A stretch of 64,000 bases of DNA from an uncultured Actinomycetes bacterium. GTDB taxonomy: Bacteria > Actinomycetota > Thermoleophilia > UBA2241. Each line of letters starts with the position of its first letter. Position 1 is the first letter of the stretch. The DNA lies in assembly GCA_963709345.1 (NCBI GenBank), contig CAVPVX010000002.1, positions 96,001-160,000 of the forward strand, read 5' to 3'. The notes under the pieces were generated by a model. It saw only the letters and a list, made by a program, of their open reading frames with translations, made no database searches and had not been told where the DNA came from. This document shows, piece after piece, positions 32,437-39,875 of this stretch. Both the position numbers and the translations under genes were made by a program.

Positions 32437-32826
32437 TGCGGAGGTGACCCCCGCATCCTCAGCAGGTGGCGGCGACCGACGTCCACGGTGTACATGATGG
32501 CGCCCGGAATACCCTTGAAGGCGCCACGGGAACATCCGATCCCGACGTCGCGCCAGCGCGCGCCCAAAGTGATGCGCCGGTGGCTGCTGGGGCGCATCCA
32601 TTGCCTGAACACGCTCTCGGAAGTCCCGCGCGCCGCCGTACCCCAGGCGATCATTTCCCCCACCGACCACCGGGAACTGCCACGAAGGCCGTACCCGGCA
32701 CGGCGCGTCCGAGGGGAGCGGCCGCCGCCATTCCCGCCGAACTGGTCACCATGAGTACGGCGATCGCCGCAAGGATCAGGCTGGTCCCGAAAGCCTCCCC
32801 TGAGAAGTCGGGCGTTCAGGCGTCAT
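32433..32826 (-). pseudogene. Remnant of a secreted CAP (SCP/PR-1) domain protein
   Basis: C-terminal half of a CAP domain (RAGY...WSVGEMIAWG...WMRPSSHRRI...RDVGIG...YTVDVG). A signal-peptide-like stretch (SLILAAIAVLMVTSSAGMAAAA) is in a different frame, and the N-terminal half of the domain is absent. Confidence 0.65.
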
Positions 32827-32841
32827 CCGGCGTCGGGAAGC

Positions 32842-33189
32842 TCAGCCCTGCTCACCGAGCGGCAACCGCGGCACGTCACCCCACAGCGTCTCGAGCCTGT
32901 AGAACTCGCGCGCGGTGGTGGTGAACACGTGGACGACGACGTCGATGTAGTCGATGAGAACCCACTCTGCTTCACGGTCGCCCTCGACGCGCGCGGGTCG
33001 CCGTTCCGGCCGCAGTTCGATCTGGATCTCGTCGGCGATCGCCTTGGTCTGACGCGTGTTGGCGCCGGTGCACACGACGAAGTAGTCGGTGTAGCTGACG
33101 GTGTCGCCCATCTGAAGGACGACGATGTCCTCGGCCTTCTTGCCGGCCGCGAGAGCGGCGATGTCAAGCGCCAGACGTTCTGCGCTCAT
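32842..33189 (-). CDS. rsfS: Ribosome silencing factor
   Basis: KKAEDIVVL, TDYFVVCTG, WVLIDYIDVVVHVF and REFYRLETLWGD motifs. Confidence 0.95.
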   Translation of the reverse strand: MSAERLALDIAALAAGKKAEDIVVLQMGDTVSYTDYFVVCTGANTRQTKAIADEIQIELRPERRPARVEGDREAEWVLIDYIDVVVHVFTTTAREFYRLETLWGDVPRLPLGEQG

Positions 33190-33206
33190 GAGTTCGGCGT
33201 CGGCGG

Positions 33207-34367
33207 CTACGGCTGGTCCTTCGATGTCGGTTGCGCCGCCTTGAAGTCGGCCCCGAGGATCACTTCGACGGTGGCCGGCGGCAGTTCGGCGCCGTCGAGG
33301 ACGACGCCGCGGCCGAGTATAGCACGGACCTCGCGAGCCACCGGGAGCGTCTCGGGCCCCGCAAGGATCTGCGTCCGTTCGTACGAGAAGCTGTCGGCGT
33401 TGAGAGGCGCCGGGAGATTGACGTCGAGGCTGGAGAGCAGTTGCACGGCAGCTTCGCCGACGCCGACCCTGCCGCTCCCGTTGCGTACCTGCACGGTCAC
33501 GTCGGCCTCGTACTCGGGAGCGCGACGCGTGATCTCGGCCATCACGCCCTCGGGGTCGGGGACGAAGGCGAACTGGCCCTCGGCCACCCTCGTCCAGGAC
33601 GGGAACCTCGTCACGGACGCTGCGCCCGCGGTGATCCGGTCCACGACCGCCGCGAGACCCAGCCCCGTCTCCGGTGACGCCGCCCCAGGGCTCTCCGGCG
33701 GCGGCGAAGATCCGCCGGCCGCGCGCAGCGCCGCGGCCTCGAGCGCCGACTCGACCAGGGCGACCTGGAGGTCGACAACGTCTTCCCGGTCGGCGCCCGT
33801 CGCCGTGAAGACCGCGGGAAGATCGGCCGTCGCGACCATGTCGCCGTCCTCGACCACCCGGCTGCCCGTCTCCAGGTCGATCGCCACGGGCTGCTCGAGA
33901 GTGACCTGCAGCTGGTCCGCTCCACTCCACTTCCCGAGAGAGACCACCGGCAGACGATGGACGGCGTCGATGGGCGCACGCACCACCCGCGAGAGGTCTT
34001 CGCGGAGGTTGCCGGCCGTCATGGCGTCGCCGGCGAACACGTACTCCCCGTTCGGGCCCTCCAGCAGGAGATCCGGCGGGACGAGGTGGACGGCGGGGTC
34101 GGAGCCGACGGGGTCCTGCACGACGAGCAGCGCCGCGACCGGGTCGTCCTCTCCGTCCGCGGTCAGCTCGATCGCGACGAGATAGCCGCTCCGCTCGGGA
34201 GCCGGCTCGCCCCCGATCCAGCGTGCCGCCAGATACCATGCCCCGAGGACCGCCACGAAGGCCACGGCGGCGGCGAGGACGTAGAGCATCCAGGCCTGCG
34301 AACGCTCGACCGACGAACGACGACGGCGTCGCAGGCGGTCGGTTCTGTACCCCTTACGTTCCGGCAT
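33207..34367 (-). CDS. Membrane-anchored degenerate LCP-like protein with LytR C-terminal domain
   Basis: Basic N-terminus and single TM; C-terminal VQVRNGSGRVGVG...NADSFSYERTQI...VEVILGADF (LytR_C). Conserved nadD-yqeK-X-rsfS position. Confidence 0.75.
   Translation of the reverse strand: MPERKGYRTDRLRRRRRSSVERSQAWMLYVLAAAVAFVAVLGAWYLAARWIGGEPAPERSGYLVAIELTADGEDDPVAALLVVQDPVGSDPAVHLVPPDLLLEGPNGEYVFAGDAMTAGNLREDLSRVVRAPIDAVHRLPVVSLGKWSGADQLQVTLEQPVAIDLETGSRVVEDGDMVATADLPAVFTATGADREDVVDLQVALVESALEAAALRAAGGSSPPPESPGAASPETGLGLAAVVDRITAGAASVTRFPSWTRVAEGQFAFVPDPEGVMAEITRRAPEYEADVTVQVRNGSGRVGVGEAAVQLLSSLDVNLPAPLNADSFSYERTQILAGPETLPVAREVRAILGRGVVLDGAELPPATVEVILGADFKAAQPTSKDQP
33316..33324 (-). promoter_or_regulatory. 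Possible internal extended -10 (TG-C-TATACT) for rsfS
   Basis: Formed by AT-rich GCT-ATA codons inside the upstream gene, about 125 nt before rsfS. Confidence 0.4.
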
Positions 34368-34923
34368 GGCTCTCGTTGTACAACGCCAGCGCGGCCGGCA
34401 CCACCCCACGTCCGCGGCCGATGATGTCGAGGAGACTGAGCTGCGCCGCCGCTGCCGCCGCGTCGTCGAGAGAGATACGCGCCAGAGCGCGCACCCTCTC
34501 GACGCCGGGGAAGTCCCGGCCCGGTTCGCAGTAGTCGGCCAGATAGACGCACTTCTCGAGCACGCTCATGCCGGGACCACCCACCGTGTGCAACGCGATC
34601 GCCGCCGCGATCCGCGGGTCGAGGCCCGCGGCGCCCAGTTCGGCCGCGGCCACGGGGCCGTGCAGGATGTGCTTCGGTCTGCTCGCCTCGACCGGCCCCA
34701 CCGGTATCCCGTAGCGCTCCGCCGCCGCCAGCGTCTCGGCATCGGTCAGCTCTCGGCAGTAGTCGTGCAGCAGACCCGCGACCTCGGCCGCCGCGGGGTC
34801 GGCCCCGTAGCGTCTCGCCAGGACGACCGCCTCGGTGGCCACGCGATGAGCGTGCCTGCGACGCTTGGCGCTCAGGCGCTCGGCGATCAGCCGCTCCGCC
34901 GTCTCGCGATCGATCGCCGTCAC
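34354..34923 (-). CDS. yqeK: HD-domain hydrolase YqeK (symmetrical Ap4A hydrolase family)
   Basis: RRRHAHRV, LLHDY, LHGP, HTVG and LADYCEPGR motifs; follows nadD. Confidence 0.9.
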   Translation of the reverse strand: MTAIDRETAERLIAERLSAKRRRHAHRVATEAVVLARRYGADPAAAEVAGLLHDYCRELTDAETLAAAERYGIPVGPVEASRPKHILHGPVAAAELGAAGLDPRIAAAIALHTVGGPGMSVLEKCVYLADYCEPGRDFPGVERVRALARISLDDAAAAAAQLSLLDIIGRGRGVVPAALALYNESHAGT

Positions 34924-35519
34924 CGGTACAGGCCGAGCTCGTGGATGCGCTGCTCCACCGGGCCCGGCACGAGATAGCGGATGGGTCTGCCCGCGGCGAC
35001 ACGAGCCCGAACATCCGAGGATGAGATGCCGAGCAGCGGCGCCGCGAGCAGCGTGAAGCGGTCGGCGCCCCAGCGCTCCGCCGCCGCGGCCACGGCCTCC
35101 GGCGAGTGCCCGGGACGCGGCGCCACGGCGATGGAACAGGTCGCGAGCATCGCCTCGGGATCATGCCAGGTCTCGAGCTGGAGCAGGGAGTCCGAGCCCA
35201 TGATGAAGACGAGGTCCCTCCCCGGATAGCGCTCGGCGAGAGCCGCGAGCGTGTCCTTCGTGTACACGAGGTCCTGGTCCATCTCGATGCCGGAGGCGGT
35301 GAAGCGCAGGTCGTCCAGCACAGCCCGCTCGGTGAGCTCCAGCCGAAGAGGCGCCGAGGCACGTTTCGCCGGCTTCTTGTGCGGCGGGGCCGCCGCGGGC
35401 ACGAACAGCACCCGCTCGAGGGCCAGCGTATGAGCGGCTTCGGAGGCGATCGCCAGGTGAGCGATATGCGGAGGGTCGAAGCTCCCCCCCAGCACGCCGA
35501 GACGAGGTCGCGGCGCCAT
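34920..35519 (-). CDS. nadD: Nicotinate-nucleotide adenylyltransferase
   Basis: GGSFDPPHIAH, PPHK, FIMGSDSL and ISSSDVR motifs. Confidence 0.94.
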   Translation of the reverse strand: MAPRPRLGVLGGSFDPPHIAHLAIASEAAHTLALERVLFVPAAAPPHKKPAKRASAPLRLELTERAVLDDLRFTASGIEMDQDLVYTKDTLAALAERYPGRDLVFIMGSDSLLQLETWHDPEAMLATCSIAVAPRPGHSPEAVAAAAERWGADRFTLLAAPLLGISSSDVRARVAAGRPIRYLVPGPVEQRIHELGLYR

Positions 35520-35526
35520 CACCAGG

Positions 35527-36774
35527 TCAGCCTCGCACCTGCCCATCACCCCAGAGCTCGTACTTGACACACGTAAGCTCCTGCAGGGCGATCGGCCCCC
35601 TGACGTGCAGCTTCTGCGTCGAGATGCCCATCTCGGCGCCAAGGCCGAACGCGCCGCCGTCGGTGAACCGCGTCGAGGCATTGACGTAGACGCACGCCGC
35701 GTCCACCCCGGAGGTGAAGCGGCGCGCCGCCGAGACGTCCTCGGTCACGATGGCCTCGGAGTGCCTGGTGCCGTACGTCGCGATGTGGTCGAGCGCGTCG
35801 TCGAGCGAGTCGACGACGCGCACGGCGAGCTTGAGCGAGAGAAACTCGGTAGCGTAGTGCGTCTTCGTAGCGCGCTTCAGCGACGCATCGCCGATCGCCT
35901 CGGCCGCCGCCTTGTCGACGACGAGCTCGACGCCCCTGCGCTTGAGCTCCTCCGCCACGCGCGGCAGGACCTCGACTGCGACGTCGCGGTGCACGAGCAG
36001 TGTCTCGGCCGCGTTACACACGCCGGGACGCTGGCACTTCGCGTTCACCACGATCGGCACGGCCTTCTCAAGGTCGGCCGCGGCGTCGATGTATACATGG
36101 CAGTTGCCGCCGGCGGCGTAGATCACCGGCACCTTGCTGTGCTCCAGGAGATACTCCTTGAGTTCTTCGCCGCCGCGGGGGATCACGAGGTCGACGAAGC
36201 GCCGCTGCTGGAGCAATTCCGTGAGCTGGCGACGATCCGGCGCCAGGTACGACACCGCTTCTCGCGGCAGCCCCGACTCGATCACGGCGCCCTGCACCAC
36301 GTCGGCGAGGATGCGGTTCGTGTGCTTCGCCGCGCTCCCTCCCCGGAGCACGACGGCGTTCCCCGACTTGAGACACAGCGCCGCCGCGTCGACGGTCACG
36401 TTCGGCCGCGCCTCATAGATGACCGCGATCACCCCGAGCGGCACACGGACCTTGCGCAGCTCGACGCCGCTGTCCAGCCGCCATCCCTCGACGATCTCGC
36501 CCACCGGGTCCGAAAGGGCCGCGATATCCCTCACCGCAGCCTCGACGTCCCGGAGCCGGTCCTCGTCGAGAAGCAGCCTGTCGATCAGCGCGTCGGCCAG
36601 CCGGTTGTCACGCGCCAGACGCACGTCCTCGTCGTTCTCGCTCAAGATCTCGGCGGCCCGCCGGGACAGCGCGTCGGCGACGGCGAAGAGCGCGTCGTCC
36701 TTCGTCGCACGCGGAAGGGCCGCGAGGGTCCGCGCCGCCCGCTGCGCCGCGGCGCACATCTGTTCGATACTCAT
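35527..36774 (-). CDS. proA: Gamma-glutamyl phosphate reductase
   Basis: PLGVIAVIYEARPNVT, CNAAETLL, NASTRFTDG and STQKLHVRGP motifs. Confidence 0.96.
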   Translation of the reverse strand: MSIEQMCAAAQRAARTLAALPRATKDDALFAVADALSRRAAEILSENDEDVRLARDNRLADALIDRLLLDEDRLRDVEAAVRDIAALSDPVGEIVEGWRLDSGVELRKVRVPLGVIAVIYEARPNVTVDAAALCLKSGNAVVLRGGSAAKHTNRILADVVQGAVIESGLPREAVSYLAPDRRQLTELLQQRRFVDLVIPRGGEELKEYLLEHSKVPVIYAAGGNCHVYIDAAADLEKAVPIVVNAKCQRPGVCNAAETLLVHRDVAVEVLPRVAEELKRRGVELVVDKAAAEAIGDASLKRATKTHYATEFLSLKLAVRVVDSLDDALDHIATYGTRHSEAIVTEDVSAARRFTSGVDAACVYVNASTRFTDGGAFGLGAEMGISTQKLHVRGPIALQELTCVKYELWGDGQVRG

Positions 36775-37877
36775 TCCGCCTCCTCGCCGACGAGCACCAG
36801 GCAGTCCCGGTGCACGACCTCGTCCTCGAGCTGGGGGCTGAGGGCGCGCAGCTCCTCGCTGCGCAGCCCGCACACGCGCCGCAGGTCGCGGGCGCTCATC
36901 GTGCTGAGGCCTCGGGCGATCTCGGCGCCTCCCGGTCCTACGATGGTGACCGCGTCACCCGCCACGAACCCGCCGTGCACGCTGAGAACACCCACGGGGA
37001 GCAGACTCCCGCCACGACGCGCCAGCGCTCGCGCAGCCCCTTCGTCGACCTGCAGGGTACCACGCACGGGCTTCGCGTAGCGGAGCCAGAGCTTGAAGGC
37101 CGATACGTTCGTCGGCCGGGCCGCTATCAGCGTCCCCACCTCTTCCCCGCCGGCGGCCGCGCCAAGGACGCCCGGCCGCGACCCGTTGGCGATGACGGTC
37201 CGCACGTCGGCGGCCGCAGCCATGAGCGCCGCCGCCGTCTTGCCGCGCATGCCGCCGGCGCCACGCCGGGAGGCGTCGCCGACATCGAGAGCGGCGAGGT
37301 CCGCGGGGTCGCCGACCACCCGCACCAGCTCGGCGGAGCCGTCGGTGCGGGGATCGCCCGTGTAGAGCCCGTCCTGATCCGTGAGCAGCACGAGCAGGTC
37401 GGCGCGCAACATGATGGCGACCTGCGCGGCAAGCACGTCGTTGTCGCCGAAGCGGATCTCGTCGGTCGCGGTCGTGTCGTTCTCGTTGACGACAGGGACG
37501 ACGCCCCACGAGAGCAGTCGGCGGAGCGTGTTGCGGCCATTGACGTAGCTGGCGCGGCGGGCGAAGTCCTCGCTCGTGAGAAGGATCTGGGCCGCCGTCA
37601 GCTCGCGGTCGGCGAAAAGGCGCTCATAGTGAGCGAAGAGGCGCCCCTGGCCGACGGCGGAGGCGGCCTGCAGCGCAGGCACCTGCCGCGGCCGTTCTGT
37701 CAAACCGAGCACGTGCTGCCCGCAGGCGATGGCCCCGCTCGACACGAGGACCACCCGCCGGCCGTCGTGCACCAGCGCGGCGACGTCGGCGACGAGCCCC
37801 GAGAGCAGCCGGCGCCGAAGACGCAGGCGGTCGTCGGCGACGGTGCTCGAGCCTACTTTGACGACGATGGTCTTCAC
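36771..37877 (-). CDS. proB: Glutamate 5-kinase with PUA domain
   Basis: VVKVGSS, SSGAI, NENDT, FGDNDVLAA and GGMRGK motifs. Confidence 0.95.
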   Translation of the reverse strand: MKTIVVKVGSSTVADDRLRLRRRLLSGLVADVAALVHDGRRVVLVSSGAIACGQHVLGLTERPRQVPALQAASAVGQGRLFAHYERLFADRELTAAQILLTSEDFARRASYVNGRNTLRRLLSWGVVPVVNENDTTATDEIRFGDNDVLAAQVAIMLRADLLVLLTDQDGLYTGDPRTDGSAELVRVVGDPADLAALDVGDASRRGAGGMRGKTAAALMAAAADVRTVIANGSRPGVLGAAAGGEEVGTLIAARPTNVSAFKLWLRYAKPVRGTLQVDEGAARALARRGGSLLPVGVLSVHGGFVAGDAVTIVGPGGAEIARGLSTMSARDLRRVCGLRSEELRALSPQLEDEVVHRDCLVLVGEEAE

Positions 37878-37920
37878 GACGACGATTCCAGCAAGACGCC
37901 CTTCGTGGCCGGCCGAGCGC

Positions 37921-39192
37921 TCACGAGAACTCGAACTCCCGGGCGCCGACCACGACGCTGTCGCCCGGGACGGCACCGGCGCGCCGCAGCGCCTCGTTGA
38001 GGCCCGCGCGCTCGATCACCTCCTGCAGGTACGCGACCGCGTCCGGGTTGTCGAGATCCGCTTTGGCAAAGAGCCGCTCCAGCTGGGTGCCGTGCACCAC
38101 GAAGCCTCCGTCCTGCGCGTCCACCGTGAAGGCGGCGAGGCGGTCCGCTCCGGGCCGCAGCACGGTCGCCGGACCCGCATCCGGCGCGCTCTCCGCCGCC
38201 GCGGAGCGGACGGCCATGACTGCGGCGAGCGCGTCCACGACGGCCTTGAGGCCGCGGCCGTCGACGGCCGAGACGAGCAGCCCGGCCGAGGGCCACGTGA
38301 GCCCTCCCAGGAAGGCCCGGGCCGACTCCTCCTCCGAAGGGTCGAGCAGGTCGGACTTGTTCAGCAGGACGACGGATGGCCGCTCGAGAAGCTCGGGACG
38401 GAACTCGGTGAGCTCGACCCGGACGGTGGCGAGCGCGTCCGGCCACGCGTCCACGCCCTCTCCTCCGTCCAGAACGTAGACGATCACCGCCGTGCGCTCG
38501 ATATGTGCCAGAAAGCGATGCCCCAGACCCGCGCCGCGGCTGGCGCCCTCGATGAGCCCGGGGATGTCGGCGATCACCACCGGCCCGTCCTCGAGCCGCA
38601 GGACCCCGAGGTTGGGCTCGACGGTCGTGAACGGATAGGCGGCGACCTTGGGCTTCGCCCTGGTCAGCGCCGCCAGCAGCGACGACTTGCCCGCGTTGGG
38701 GAGCCCCACCAGGCCGACATCGGCGAGGAGCTTCAAGTAGAGCGTGAGCCACGACTCATCGCCGTCCAGCCCGCGCTCCGCGAAGCGAGGCGCCTGGCGC
38801 GTCGAGCTCTTGAAGCAGACGTTGCCGCGGCCGCCCTCGCCGCCGCGCGCCGCCACCAGCAGCTGGCCCTCGCGAACCAGATCCCCGAGCAGCTCACCCT
38901 CGGCGTCGCGGACCTCGGTGCCGACGGGCACCTTGACCACGAGCGCGGCGCCGTCGGCGCCGCGTTTGTTGGCCCCGCGTCCGTGGCCGCCGTCGACGGC
39001 CCGGAAGTGATGCTTATGGCGGAAGTGCGAAAGGTCGTGCAGTTGGCGGGTGGCCAGGAGGACGACGTCACCGCCGGGCGCGCCGTCGCCGCCGTCGGGC
39101 CCGCCTTTGGGCACGTACTTCTCGCGGCGGAAGCTCATGGAGCCGTTTCCGCCGCGACCTCCGCGCACGCTGATGCTGGCCCTGTCGAGCAT
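37921..39192 (-). CDS. obgE: GTPase ObgE/CgtA
   Basis: Gly-rich Obg fold, GLPNAGKSSLL, YPFTT, DIPGLIEGA, NKSD and a C-terminal OCT domain. Confidence 0.96.
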   Translation of the reverse strand: MLDRASISVRGGRGGNGSMSFRREKYVPKGGPDGGDGAPGGDVVLLATRQLHDLSHFRHKHHFRAVDGGHGRGANKRGADGAALVVKVPVGTEVRDAEGELLGDLVREGQLLVAARGGEGGRGNVCFKSSTRQAPRFAERGLDGDESWLTLYLKLLADVGLVGLPNAGKSSLLAALTRAKPKVAAYPFTTVEPNLGVLRLEDGPVVIADIPGLIEGASRGAGLGHRFLAHIERTAVIVYVLDGGEGVDAWPDALATVRVELTEFRPELLERPSVVLLNKSDLLDPSEEESARAFLGGLTWPSAGLLVSAVDGRGLKAVVDALAAVMAVRSAAAESAPDAGPATVLRPGADRLAAFTVDAQDGGFVVHGTQLERLFAKADLDNPDAVAYLQEVIERAGLNEALRRAGAVPGDSVVVGAREFEFS

Positions 39193-39223
39193 GATGTCTG
39201 CAGCCGGCCGGAGCCGGCGGCGA

Positions 39224-39478
39224 TCAGGCCTCGGGGACGACCGAGATGAAGCGGCCGGCGCCCTTCTCGGTGAAGACGAGCTTGCCCGTCACCTTGGCGA
39301 AGATGGTGTGGTCGACGCCGATGCCGGCGTTCTCGCCGGGGCGAAAGCGGGTGCCGCGCTGGCGCACGATGATCGATCCTGCCGGGACCACCTGGCCGGC
39401 GAAGACCTTGACGCCGAGGCGCTTCGCCTCGGAGTCGCGGCCGTTGCGGCTGGTGCCGGCGCCCTTTTTATGCGCCAT
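39224..39478 (-). CDS. rpmA: 50S ribosomal protein L27
   Basis: [16 protein letters not shown]...RLGVK...IVRQRG. Confidence 0.97.
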   Translation of the reverse strand: MAHKKGAGTSRNGRDSEAKRLGVKVFAGQVVPAGSIIVRQRGTRFRPGENAGIGVDHTIFAKVTGKLVFTEKGAGRFISVVPEA

Positions 39479-39482
39479 GCTG

Positions 39483-39821
39483 CTACTCCTTGCTGGCCTT
39501 GAGGGTGATCGACTCGATCGTCAACTTGCTGAGACGACTGCGATGACCCTTCGTCTTCTTGAACGTGCTCTTCGGCTTGTACGTGAAGACCTTGATCTTC
39601 TCGCCGAGGAGATGCTCGCTGACCTTCGCCTTGACCTTGGCGTGCTTGGCCGCGTCGGCGTCGTACGTGCCGCCGCCGTCGCGCACCGCAAGGGTGTCGA
39701 GCGTGATGCTCTTTCCCTCGTCGGCGTCGACGCGGTCGACGACGATGGTGTCGCCGGCGCTGACCTTGAACTGCTGACCACCGACGCGGACGACCGCGTA
39801 GGTCTCACTGGACTTCGTCAT
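39483..39821 (-). CDS. rplU: 50S ribosomal protein L21
   Basis: [23 protein letters not shown] and GHR motifs. Confidence 0.96.
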   Translation of the reverse strand: MTKSSETYAVVRVGGQQFKVSAGDTIVVDRVDADEGKSITLDTLAVRDGGGTYDADAAKHAKVKAKVSEHLLGEKIKVFTYKPKSTFKKTKGHRSRLSKLTIESITLKASKE

Positions 39822-39850
39822 TTCAACTCCCCACAAGACAACGGCAGGAA

Positions 39851-39856
39851 ATGATA
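39851..39856 (-). promoter_or_regulatory. -10 TATCAT for rplU-rpmA
   Basis: AT-rich intergenic region, 29 nt upstream of the ATG. Confidence 0.5.
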
Positions 39857-39875
39857 GCCAAACGCACCGGCGAAA

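Noticed and set aside
39224-39821. Prp-cleaved extended L27 system
   Set aside because: L27 starts directly at MAHKKG, and there is no prp gene between rplU and rpmA.
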